Below are positions 32,969-43,219 of a stretch of 64,000 nucleotides of DNA, one piece after another (position 1 is the first letter of the stretch; every line of letters starts with the position of its first letter). The DNA lies in assembly GCA_948442365.1 (NCBI GenBank), contig CAOJRU010000009.1:720-64719 (forward strand). Reading direction: 5' to 3'. The stretch comes from an uncultured Clostridium sp. Lineage in GTDB: Bacteria > Bacillota > Clostridia > TANB77 > CAG-508. A model generated the notes under the pieces. It worked only from the letters and a program-made list of their open reading frames with translations. It made no database searches and was not told the origin of the DNA. A program made the translations under genes and the position numbers.

Positions 32969-33322
32969 ATGAAAAATTTATTCATATGGTACCCAAAATG
33001 TACTACCTGTCAAAAAGCGAAGAAATATCTCGAGAACAACAATATTTCCTTTGAAGAGAGACATATTGTAGAAGAAACACCAAGCAAGAAAGAATTAGAA
33101 AGATGGATCAAGCAAAGTGGATTAGAAATAAAGAAATTTTTTAATACAAGTGGATTAAAATACAAAGAATTAAACTTAAAAGAAAAATTACCAAACATGA
33201 CAGAGCAAGAAAAAATAGAGTTATTATCTTCTAACGGAATGTTAATCAAAAGGCCATTATTTGTTAGTGATAAAACCGTTTTATTAGGATTTAAAGAAAA
33301 AGAATGGAGAGAAAAGATATGA
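32969..33322 (+). CDS. ArsC/Spx-family protein
   Basis: YPKCTTCQKA, FFNTSG, GMLIKRP. Confidence 0.9.
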   Translation: MKNLFIWYPKCTTCQKAKKYLENNNISFEERHIVEETPSKKELERWIKQSGLEIKKFFNTSGLKYKELNLKEKLPNMTEQEKIELLSSNGMLIKRPLFVSDKTVLLGFKEKEWREKI

Positions 33323-34251
33323 AAGCAATCGATAGATTAATAGAAAAAATCAAAGAAACCAATAATCCAACCGTAATAGGATTAGATCCAAGATATGAAA
33401 TGTTACCAAAATGTATAACCAGTAAATATTCTCAAGATTTAGAAGGCGTTGCTAAAGCGATCCTTGAATTTAACAAAGAATTAATCAATCATACATGTGA
33501 TATTATTCCGGCAGTAAAAGTACAAATTGCTTTTTATGAGATGTATGGAATTCCAGGAATGGAAGCATTTAAGGAAACTTGTCAGTATGCCAAAGAAAAA
33601 GGTATGGTAGTAATGGCAGACAGTAAAAGAGGAGATATTGGCTCAACCGCACAAGGCTATTCCAATGCCTTTTTAGGAAAAACGACAATAGGAGAAAAAG
33701 AAGAAGCTATTTTTGATGTAGATTTTGTTACTGTAAACCCATACATGGGAACAGATTGTATCAAACCTTTTATAGAAGATTGTAAAAAATATGACAAAGG
33801 AATCTTTGTATTAGTAAAAACTTCTAATCCATCTTCTGGAGAACTTCAAGATTTGAAATTAGAAAATGGTAAGGAAGTATATAATCAAGTAGCAGAACTT
33901 GTTGAAAAATGGGGAGAAGAATTAAGAGGTGAAAACGGTTATAGCAGTGCAGCAGCTGTAGTAGGAGCAACTTATCCAGAACAACTAGAACAAATTAGAA
34001 AGTTAGCACCACATACTTATTTCTTAATACCAGGTTATGGAGCACAAGGAGGAAAAGCAAAAGATATAGCTTTAGGATTTGATAATAATGGTTTAGGTGG
34101 TATTGTCAATGCGTCAAGAAGTCTAATGTGTGCTTATAAATCTGAACAATGGAAAAAGGAATACCAGGAAGAAGAGTATGCAAAAGCAACCAGAGCGGAA
34201 GCATTAAGAATGAAAGAAGAATTAAATCAAGCAATCAAAATGAAAAAATAA
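33319..34251 (+). CDS. pyrF: Orotidine-5'-phosphate decarboxylase
   Basis: IGLDP, DSKRGDIGST, VKTSNP, PGYGAQGG. Confidence 0.95.
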   Translation: MKAIDRLIEKIKETNNPTVIGLDPRYEMLPKCITSKYSQDLEGVAKAILEFNKELINHTCDIIPAVKVQIAFYEMYGIPGMEAFKETCQYAKEKGMVVMADSKRGDIGSTAQGYSNAFLGKTTIGEKEEAIFDVDFVTVNPYMGTDCIKPFIEDCKKYDKGIFVLVKTSNPSSGELQDLKLENGKEVYNQVAELVEKWGEELRGENGYSSAAAVVGATYPEQLEQIRKLAPHTYFLIPGYGAQGGKAKDIALGFDNNGLGGIVNASRSLMCAYKSEQWKKEYQEEEYAKATRAEALRMKEELNQAIKMKK

Positions 34252-34254
34252 TTT

Positions 34255-34324
34255 TTTTTGGCTAATTTGGGACAGGCACTAATTAACCATTTTTGGCTAA
34301 TTTTGGGACAGGTCTAATTAGCTA
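34255..34324. repeat. Tandem pair of REP-like hairpins with GGGACAGG loops
   Basis: tttttggctaatttgggacaggcactaattaacca then tttttggctaattttgggacaggtctaattagcta. Confidence 0.7.
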
Positions 34325-34351
34325 TCCGCAAATTTAAAGGAGGGAAAAACT

Positions 34352-35143
34352 ATGGCAGAGCAAGTATATGCAGAATTAGTAAAAAAAGAGCAGTTAAAAC
34401 CAGACATATTCAAATTTAGTGTGAAAGCACCAGGTATTGTAAAAGAGGCAAAACCGGGAAATTTTATAGAAATAAGAGTGAGCGAAACAACAGAACCTTT
34501 TTTACGAAGACCAATTAGTATTTATAACTTGGATAGAGAGAATGGCATTTTGGAATTTATTTTTCAAGTAAAGGGAAAAGGAACTGAAATTTTGGCCAAA
34601 AGAGAAGTTGGAAAACAAATTGATATCGTTGGTCCTATTGGTTATGGAACTTTTAAATATGAAGATTACCAAAATATAGCTATTATAGGAGGTGGAATTG
34701 GCGTATTTCCACTATATGAATTGGCAAAATGTGCAAAAACAGATGGAAAGAATGTTACTACTTATTTAGGTTTTAGAAATAAAGATTTTGTGGTATTAGA
34801 AGAAGAATTTAAAAATATTTCAAATCAACTTATCTTAACAACAGATGATGGTAGTTATGCAGAAAAAGGATTTGCTATTCAGTATTTAGAAAAAGACATA
34901 GAAGCTGGAAAGGTAGATTCTATTTATGCTTGTGGTCCATTACCAATGTTAAAAGCTGTACAAAAATTAGCTATGGAAAAAGAGATACCATGTCAAATTT
35001 CTTTAGAAGAAAAAATGGCATGTGGTCTAGGGGTATGTTTGGGGTGTGCTGTTAAAACCGCCAAGAGTCCAAAAGATGCTCCTGAATATTGGCATGTTTG
35101 TAAGGCTGGGCCAGTGTTTAATGCAAAAGATGTAGAAATTTAA
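34352..35143 (+). CDS. pyrK: Dihydroorotate dehydrogenase electron transfer subunit
   Basis: LRRPISI, GGGIGVFP, CGPLPM, MACGLGVCLGC. Confidence 0.93.
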   Translation: MAEQVYAELVKKEQLKPDIFKFSVKAPGIVKEAKPGNFIEIRVSETTEPFLRRPISIYNLDRENGILEFIFQVKGKGTEILAKREVGKQIDIVGPIGYGTFKYEDYQNIAIIGGGIGVFPLYELAKCAKTDGKNVTTYLGFRNKDFVVLEEEFKNISNQLILTTDDGSYAEKGFAIQYLEKDIEAGKVDSIYACGPLPMLKAVQKLAMEKEIPCQISLEEKMACGLGVCLGCAVKTAKSPKDAPEYWHVCKAGPVFNAKDVEI

Positions 35144-35217
35144 ATTATAATAATTCATAGAATAGTAGTGGCACATTTTTAAATTTTATTTGCCACGTTA
35201 AGAAAAAGGAGGAAAAA

Positions 35218-36126
35218 ATGAATACAGCAGTTAATTTAGCAGGAATTAAGATGAAAAACCCAGTAACCGTAGCTTCAGGAACATTCGGATATGGAAGAGA
35301 ATTCAGTAATTTTTTTGACTTAAGCAAATTAGGTGGAATTATTACAAAAGGAACATCTTTGAAACCTAGAAGCGGAAACAAACCTTCCAGAGTTTACGAA
35401 ACGCCAAGCGGTATGTTAAATAGTATAGGTTTACAAAATCCAGGAGTAGAATATTTTGCTCAAAATGATTTACCTTTTTTAAGAAAATTTGATACAGCAG
35501 TTATTGTGAATGCTTGTGGAAGTAGTATTGAAGAATATGTAGAACTTTGCAAAGTACTTAACACATTGGATATTGATGGCGTAGAATTAAATCTATCCTG
35601 TCCCAATGTAAAAGCAGGTTGTATGGCATTTGGTAATACTTATGAAGGTGTTAAACAAGTAACTTCTGAAGTAAGAAAAGTGTTAGACAAACCTTTAATT
35701 GTAAAATTAACACCAAATGTAACAGATATTGCCTCTATTGCGAAAGCGGTAGAAGATGCAGGAGCTGACGGGGTATCTTTAATTAATACTTTACTAGGTA
35801 TGAAAATAGATATTAATAAGAGAAAACCTGTACTTGCTAATAATACAGGAGGGCTTTCTGGTCCAGCTATTAGGCCTGTAGCTGTTCGCATGGTTTATCA
35901 AGTAGCACAAGCAGTTAATATTCCTGTTCTTGGAATGGGTGGGATTGTAAATGGTGAAGATGCCATTGAATTTATGCTAGCAGGTGCGCAAGCTGTTTCT
36001 ATTGGTGCTGGTAATTTTATCAATCCTTATACAAGCGTAAATACAGTTGAGGAAATAGAAAATTATATGAAACAATATCACATTGAAAATATCAATGATA
36101 TTGTAGGAACGGTCCAAATGAATTAA
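35218..36126 (+). CDS. pyrD: Dihydroorotate dehydrogenase B catalytic subunit
   Basis: ASGTFG, NSIGLQNPG, NLSCPNV, GGLSGPAIRP. Confidence 0.95.
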   Translation: MNTAVNLAGIKMKNPVTVASGTFGYGREFSNFFDLSKLGGIITKGTSLKPRSGNKPSRVYETPSGMLNSIGLQNPGVEYFAQNDLPFLRKFDTAVIVNACGSSIEEYVELCKVLNTLDIDGVELNLSCPNVKAGCMAFGNTYEGVKQVTSEVRKVLDKPLIVKLTPNVTDIASIAKAVEDAGADGVSLINTLLGMKIDINKRKPVLANNTGGLSGPAIRPVAVRMVYQVAQAVNIPVLGMGGIVNGEDAIEFMLAGAQAVSIGAGNFINPYTSVNTVEEIENYMKQYHIENINDIVGTVQMN

Positions 36127-36230
36127 AATTGCAATAGGATCTTCAAACTAATTGAAAGCTTCGTTCCAGCCAATTTTTGCAGAAACTCTAAATTAATGTT
36201 AAAAATAAGAGAAGTGAAAGGAAATGAAAA

Positions 36231-37305
36231 ATGAAAAGAACGCAAACGAGAAAAATTATGGTAGGAAAGGTAGCAATAGGAGGACAAAATAAAGTTGTCA
36301 TCCAATCTATGTGTAATACCAAAACAAAAGATATAAAAGCAACCGTTAACCAGATTTTAGCACTTGAAGAAGCAGGTTGTGAAATTATTCGAGTTGCTTG
36401 TCTGGATAAAGAAGATGCCAAAGCAATTCAGGCCATAAAACAACAAATTCATATTCCAATCGTTGCTGATATTCACTTTGATTATCAAATTGCTTTAGAA
36501 GCAATTGAAGCTGGTAGCGATAAAATTCGAATTAATCCAGGAAATATTGGTTCAGAAGAAAGAGTAAAAGCGGTTGTTGATAGTTGCAAAAAGCATAATA
36601 TACCGATTCGAATAGGGGTAAATAGTGGTTCTTTAGAAAAAGAATTGTTAGATAGAGATGGAAAACCAACAGCTAAAGCGATGGTAGAAAGTGCCAAAAA
36701 GCATGTGAAAATCTTAGAAAAATTAGATTTCTATGATTATGCCATTTCATTAAAAGCTTCTAATTTAGATTTATGCATTCAAGCTTATGAAGAAGCAGCA
36801 AAAGAATTTTCATGTCCGCTTCATTTAGGAATTACAGAAGCTGGAACAGAATTTAGTGGAACTGTTAAATCAAGTATTGGTTTGGGTATTTTATTAAGAC
36901 AGGGAATAGGAGATACCATGCGTGTTTCTCTTTCCGATGATCCGATAAAAGAAATTAAAGTGGCAAAAGAAATTTTAAAAGATTGTAATTTGTATCATAA
37001 ATCACCAACCTTAATTGCTTGCCCTACTTGTGGAAGAACACAAATTGATCTCATTCCGATTGCAAAAGAAATAGAAGAATTTTTACAAACGATGGAAGGT
37101 GATATTACAGTAGCTGTCATGGGATGTGCTGTAAATCGGTCCAGGTGAGGCAAAAGAAGCAGATATTGGAATAGCAGGAGGGATTGGCGAAGGTCTACTA
37201 TTCAAAAAAGGCAAAATTATAAGAAAAATTAAACAAGAAAATATGGTACAAGAATTAAAACAAGAAATTAATAATATGTTATGGGAGCGCTTTCACAGTG
37301 TGTAA
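36231..37305 (+). CDS. ispG: HMBPP synthase IspG; +1 shift at CGG 37137-37139
   Basis: IQSMCNT, ADIHF, RINPGN, CPTCGR; VMGCAVN [C]GGT CCA gives [15 protein letters not shown]..., TAA at 37303-37305. Confidence 0.96.
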
Positions 37306-37364
37306 AAATAATATAAAGGATCTCTAGTTGGATAGTATGAAAATAGAAAAAAGGGGTTACGAAA

Positions 37365-38235
37365 ATGGAAATAATGGTTGGTAAAACAGCAGGTTTTTGT
37401 TATGGTGTTGAGAGGGCAGTAGAAGGAGCAACTCGGAGAAATCAATCATGCTAAAGGGTCTATTTATTGTTTAGGAGAGATTGTACATAATCGACAAGTA
37501 ATTAAAAAATTAGAAGATTTGGGAATAAAATGTGTTGAAACGATACAAGAAGCAAAAGGAACGGTTTTAATTCGAGCACATGGCATTCCAAAAGAAATCT
37601 ATAATATGGCTAAAGAGATGAATATTACCATACAAGATTTTACTTGTCCTAATGTTTTAAAAATACACAAAATGGCGGATAAATTCAGTCAAGAAGGATA
37701 TTTTATATTTTTATTAGGAGCAAAAAGTCATCCAGAAAACATAGGGACTTTAAGTCATTGCGGAAAAGATTACGATATTTTTGAAAAAGAAGAAGATATT
37801 TCACAAGCAATAGAGAAATTTAAGAAAACCAATAAAAAGAAATTACTGTTAATATCCCAGACTACTTTTAGTTTAGAAAGATTTTACAAAATAGAAGAAA
37901 AACTAAAAAATGAACTAACCGAAGATATTACATTTGTTGTAAAAAATACGATTTGTCGAACAACAGAATTAAGACAAAAAGAAACAGAAGAGCTATCGAA
38001 AAAGGTAGATGCCATGATTATTATTGGAGGAAAAAATAGTTCCAATACGAAAAAGCTATATGAAACAGCTAAAAAGAATTGTGAAAATACAGTTTTAGTG
38101 GAGTGTGTAGAAGAAAATAGGCAAGAATTACAATTAGAAAAAAACATTAAAAAAGTAGGTATTATGGCAGGAGCTTCTACCCCTAAAGAAAGTATTGATG
38201 AAGTAATAGAGTTTTTAAAAAGAAGGTCTTTATAA
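37365..38235 (+). CDS. ispH: HMBPP reductase IspH; +1 shift at CGG 37434-37436
   Basis: ATG 37365 MEIMVGKTAGFCYGVERAVEGAT, [C]GGA continues GEINHAKGSIYCLGEIVHN into ORF 37519 (IRAHG, TCP, NTIC, SSNT, AGASTP). Confidence 0.94.
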
Positions 38236-38256
38236 ACCTTCTTTTATGTTGTTAAA

Positions 38257-38742
38257 TTAGTTATTTTCTGTTTCATTGTTAGTGGTAGTTGCATCAAATG
38301 CAGCAGTTTCGCCAGCAGGTCCAACATATTCTGAACTTCCGAATCCTAAAATCATATAGAAAATAGGTGCTAAGAAGTAAAGACCAACAGCCCAACCACC
38401 ATCTTTTCCAAAAGATTTAGCTAATTTATAAGATAAAACCGCATTAAGTGCGATTGGTACAATCCATCCAATAATTGGAATAATGGTTGCCAAAAAAGCA
38501 AAAATTAGCCATGGTGAAAGACCAGAAATCTTAAATAAGATTACCAGATTATAAATTGGAATAATAGCTTTCCAACCTTTTTCACCAGCTTTTGTAAAGA
38601 TTTTCCACATAGCTATGATTTGAACAATGGCAATGGCGAATACGATTATTGAATATACTATTAAAGCGCCAAGTATAGCACTAGAAGCTGCTGCTACATC
38701 ATAACTACTAGATGGATAACTTCCATAATAGCTTGAATACAT
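38257..38742 (-). CDS. DUF5684-like membrane protein
   Basis: WKIFTKAGEKGWKAIIPIYN, LAKSFGK. Confidence 0.75.
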   Translation of the reverse strand: MYSSYYGSYPSSSYDVAAASSAILGALIVYSIIVFAIAIVQIIAMWKIFTKAGEKGWKAIIPIYNLVILFKISGLSPWLIFAFLATIIPIIGWIVPIALNAVLSYKLAKSFGKDGGWAVGLYFLAPIFYMILGFGSSEYVGPAGETAAFDATTTNNETENN

Positions 38743-38921
38743 AATACATCCTCCTTTTATTTTTATGTAATACTATTTTTACATTTTTTTTCGAAAATGT
38801 CAATAAAAAAACAAAAATTGACAAAAAGAATAAATTTTGTAAAAATCATTGTATAAAGAAAATGAGTTTGATATAATTTAGTTAATTTATAATACATATT
38901 ATGAAAGGGAGGCATGTAAAT

Positions 38922-39419
38922 ATGAATAGAGATGAGAAAAATAAATGTTGTTGTGAAAATAAAAGTGACAAATTTGTAGAACAACTTTTTTCAGAATATA
39001 AACCAATCAAAGATAATTTAATTCAAATGTTAAATGAAATACAAGAACATTATGGCTATGTTCCAATGGAAGTTCAAAAAGAATTGTCAGAATTTTTATC
39101 AATCCCTATGGCAGAAATTTATGGAGTAGTTACTTTTTATTCAAGATTTTCATTAAAACCAAAAGGAAAATATAATATATCGGTATGTATGGGTACAGCT
39201 TGTTATGTGAAAGGTTCTCAAAAAATAATGGATCGATTATTAGAAAGATTGCAAATTAAAGCAGGAGAAACCACGAAAGATGGTATGTTTTCCATTGAAG
39301 AAACAAGATGTGTTGGTGCTTGTGGACTAGCGCCAGTATTTACAGTAAACGGAGAAGTCTATGGAAAAGCAACCGTTCAAAAGCTAGATCAAGTATTAGA
39401 TGAATTAATGAAGTCATAA
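38922..39419 (+). CDS. [FeFe]-hydrogenase HydC / NuoE-like 2Fe-2S subunit
   Basis: YGVVTFYSRF, CMGTAC, CVGACGLAP. Confidence 0.92.
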   Translation: MNRDEKNKCCCENKSDKFVEQLFSEYKPIKDNLIQMLNEIQEHYGYVPMEVQKELSEFLSIPMAEIYGVVTFYSRFSLKPKGKYNISVCMGTACYVKGSQKIMDRLLERLQIKAGETTKDGMFSIEETRCVGACGLAPVFTVNGEVYGKATVQKLDQVLDELMKS

Positions 39420-39472
39420 ATTGCAAGGGTGCCAAATTGTATGTTATATAAAAATAACACTAAACATTAGAG

Positions 39473-39502
39473 TTGCCAAAAAGGTCCGTCCCCAGTGGCA
39501 CA
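39473..39502. repeat. Single arm of the palindromic element (copy C), inside the hyd operon
   Basis: ttgccaaaaaggtccgtccccagtggcaca, identical to the right end of copy B. Confidence 0.85.
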
Positions 39503-39534
39503 TTGGCACATGGAAAATAAGGGAGGAATGTTAA

Positions 39535-41394
39535 GTGAAAACGATACAAGAACTTCACCAGATAAGAGAAGAAAAAAGAAAAGAATTAGATTTGAGAATC
39601 AATACGAAAGCAGACACAAGAGAAAAACATATTTTAGTTTGTCAAGGTACAGGATGTACTTCTTCTAAATCGCCAGAAATATTAGAAGAATTTAAAAGAA
39701 TCTTAAAAGAAAAAGAAATAAAGAATGTAAGAGTAATAAAAACAGGATGTTTTGGTTTATGTGCAAAAGGGCCCATTGTCATTATAAGGCCAGAAGATAC
39801 TTTTTATGCTATGGTAAAACCAGAAGATTGTGAGGAAATTATTCAAACTCATATTATAGAGGGCAATAAGGTAGAAAGACTGTTAGCCAAAGATATTGAT
39901 GGAAGTAAAGTAAACCGTTTAGATGACTTGAATTTTTATAAAAAACAAAAAAGAATTGCTCTTAAAAATTGTGGTGTGATCAATCCAGAAGAAATTGATG
40001 AATATATTGCATTTGATGGATATTTAGCATTCGAAAAAGTAGTAACAAAAATGTCACAAGAAGAAGTCATTGAAGAAATCATACAATCTGGTATTCGTGG
40101 TAGAGGCGGAGCAGGTTTTCCAACTGGTAAGAAGTGGGAATTAACCAAAGCTTCAGAAGGAAAACAAAAATATGTGGTTTGTAATGCAGATGAAGGAGAT
40201 CCAGGAGCGTTTATGGATCGAAGCATTTTAGAAGGAGATCCACATTCTGTATTAGAAGCGATGGCAATTGCTGCTTTTTGTATTGGAGCCAATCAAGGGT
40301 ATATTTATGTAAGAGCAGAGTATCCCATTGCGGTAAAGCGTTTACAAATAGCCATAGAACAAGCAAGAGCCTATGGATTATTGGGAAAACATATATTTAA
40401 TACCGATTTTGATTTTGATGTCGAAATTAGATTAGGTGCTGGGGCTTTTGTTTGTGGAGAGGAAACTGCTCTCTTAGAATCCATTGAAGGAAAACGAGGT
40501 CAGCCAAGAGTAAAACCACCTTATCCAGCTAATTCTGGATTATGGGGAAAACCAACTTTAATTAATAATGTAGAAACCTATGCCAATATTGCACAAATTA
40601 TTTTAAAAGGTAGTAAGTGGTATGCTTCCATTGGAACAGAAGCATCAAAAGGAACGAAAGTATTTGCTTTAGGTGGAAATGTAAATAATATAGGACTTGT
40701 GGAAGTGCCTATGGGAACTACATTAAGAGAAATTGTATATGAGATTGGCGGCGGCATTCCAAATGGTAGAGATTTTAAAGCCGCTCAAACAGGAGGTCCT
40801 TCTGGTGGTTGTATTCCAAAAGAACATTTAGATACACCAATTGATTATGAATCACTAAAAGAAATTGGTTCGATGATGGGTTCTGGTGGTCTTATTGTAA
40901 TGGATGATACCAAGTGTATGGTATCGCTTGCTAAATTCTATTTGGAATTTACGGTAAGTGAAAGTTGTGGTAAGTGTACACCTTGTCGTATTGGAACAAA
41001 AAGAATGCATGAAATATTAGAAAAATTATGCAATGGAGAAGGAACGGAATTAGATATTTATAAACTAGAGAAATTAGCAGCTAATATTCAAAAATCTAGT
41101 ATTTGTGGATTGGGACAAAGTGCACCAAATCCAGTTATTAGTACTTTAAAATATTTTAGAGAAGAATTCAAAGAACATGCTATTGATAAAAATTGTAGAG
41201 CTTTAGAGTGTAAGGCTATGTCGAAAATCACAATCCATGAAGAAAAATGTAAAGGTTGTGGTTTATGTCAAAAATCTTGTCCCGTAAACGCAATCGAAGG
41301 AGAACTCAGAGAAAAAAGAGTAATTAACCAAGAAAAATGTATTAAATGTGGTACTTGTTTGGCTAGTTGTCCATTTAAAGCAATTGGAAACTAA
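39535..41394 (+). CDS. [FeFe]-hydrogenase HydB / NuoF-like NADH-binding subunit
   Basis: GRGGAGFPTG, NADEGDPG, CGEETAL, SCGKCTPC, two C-terminal 4Fe-4S motifs. Confidence 0.93.
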   Translation: MKTIQELHQIREEKRKELDLRINTKADTREKHILVCQGTGCTSSKSPEILEEFKRILKEKEIKNVRVIKTGCFGLCAKGPIVIIRPEDTFYAMVKPEDCEEIIQTHIIEGNKVERLLAKDIDGSKVNRLDDLNFYKKQKRIALKNCGVINPEEIDEYIAFDGYLAFEKVVTKMSQEEVIEEIIQSGIRGRGGAGFPTGKKWELTKASEGKQKYVVCNADEGDPGAFMDRSILEGDPHSVLEAMAIAAFCIGANQGYIYVRAEYPIAVKRLQIAIEQARAYGLLGKHIFNTDFDFDVEIRLGAGAFVCGEETALLESIEGKRGQPRVKPPYPANSGLWGKPTLINNVETYANIAQIILKGSKWYASIGTEASKGTKVFALGGNVNNIGLVEVPMGTTLREIVYEIGGGIPNGRDFKAAQTGGPSGGCIPKEHLDTPIDYESLKEIGSMMGSGGLIVMDDTKCMVSLAKFYLEFTVSESCGKCTPCRIGTKRMHEILEKLCNGEGTELDIYKLEKLAANIQKSSICGLGQSAPNPVISTLKYFREEFKEHAIDKNCRALECKAMSKITIHEEKCKGCGLCQKSCPVNAIEGELREKRVINQEKCIKCGTCLASCPFKAIGN

Positions 41395-41456
41395 TTTTAA
41401 AAATAATAGCCATCTTGCGTTGTTAGATGGTAATTTCATATAAAAGGAGGAAAGTA

Positions 41457-43209
41457 ATGGAAGATAAGTTAATAACCCTAATCATAGATGACCAAGAAAT
41501 AAAAGTAAAAAAAGGAACCACCATCTTACAAGCTGCAAGACAAGCTGGAATTGATATACCAACGCTATGCTTTTTAAAAGACATCAATGAAGTAGGGGAC
41601 TGTAGAATGTGTATTGTTGAAGTAGAAGGAAGAAGAGGATTTGCTACTTCTTGCATTCAAAAAGTGGAAGAAGGAATGATAGTCCATACCAATACACAAG
41701 AAGTATTAGAAGCAAGGCATGTTATATTAGATTTAATCATATCTAATCATGCGAAAGACTGTTTGACCTGTACACGTTCTGGTAATTGTGAATTACAAGC
41801 ATTAGCAACGAAATTCAATATCTCCAAAGTAGAATTTGAAGGTAAAAGAACAGAACATAAAATAGATGATGTATCACCTTCCATTGTAAGAGACTTTAAT
41901 AAATGTATTTTATGTAGAAGATGTGTAGCAGCTTGTAAAAATGTTCAAAAAATAGGAGCGATTGATTGTATCAATCGAGGATTTGATTCTTGCATTTCAA
42001 CGGTTGGAGACCATAGTCTAAATGATGTTAACTGCACTTTTTGTGGACAATGTATTGAAGCATGCCCAACAGGTGCTTTACATGAAAAAGAAACTATTGA
42101 CGATGTATGGCTAAAACTAAAAGATCCAGATACCTATGTTATTGTACAAACAGCTCCAGCGGTAAGAGTTGCACTTCGGAGAAGAATTTGAACTGCCAAT
42201 TGGAACCAATGTAACAGGTAAAATGGTAACATCCTTAAAAAGACTTGGATTTGATAAAGTATTTGATACGAATACAGGCGCAGACTTTACCATTATGGAA
42301 GAAGCCAATGAATTTATAGAAAGATTTCGAGAAAACGAGCATCTTCCTATGATTACATCTTGTAGTCCAGGTTGGGTTAAATACATAGAAATGAATTATC
42401 CAGAATTATTACCTCATTTGTCAACTTGTAAATCACCACATCAAATGTTAGGAGCACTTTTAAAAACGTATTATGCAAAAAAAGAAGGAATCGACCCTGA
42501 AAAAATTTATGTTGTATCGGTTATGCCATGTATTGCTAAAAAATTTGAAAGACAAAGGTCAGAGATGAAAAATGAGGGACTTTGTGATGTAGATAATGTA
42601 ATTACTACCCGTGAACTTTCTAGGATGATTAAACAAGCCAATATTGAATTTAACAAATTAGAAGAAAGCGAATTTGACAATCCAATGGGAGAAGCAACAG
42701 GGGCAGCTGCTATTTTTGGAACAACAGGAGGAGTTATGGAAGCTGCTTTACGTACAGCACAAGACATTTTGACAGGAGAAGAACTAGAAAAAATAGAGTT
42801 TAATCAAGTTCGTGGTGGCGATGGTATCAAAAAAGCAACTGTAAATATCACTAACAAAGAAATTAAGGTGGTTGCTGCAAGTGGTTTGGCAAATGCAAAA
42901 GAAATATTAGAAGAAATAAAATCTGGAAAAGCAGATTATCAATTTGTAGAAATTATGGCATGTCCAGGAGGGTGCGTTATGGGTGGTGGTCAGCCCATTA
43001 AAAGTTCTAAGATACGTTCTGAAGTGGATGTGAGAAAATTAAGAGCAGATGCCCTTTATAGCATTGATGAAAAAAGTACCATTAGAAAATCACATGAAAA
43101 TCCAGTTATAAAAAAAGTATATGAAGAGTTTTTGGAAAAGCCAGGAAGTTATCGAGCTGAAAAGTTATTACATACAACGTATCAAGAAAGAGAAAAGTAC
43201 AAAATTTAG
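41457..43209 (+). CDS. [FeFe]-hydrogenase catalytic subunit HydA; +1 shift at CGG 42177-42179
   Basis: N-terminal Fe-S domains; QTAPAVRVAL [C]GGA GAA gives GEEF; H-cluster motifs TSCSPGW, MPCIAKKFE, EIMACPGGCVMGGGQP. Confidence 0.95.
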
Positions 43210-43219
43210 GAGTAAAGAG

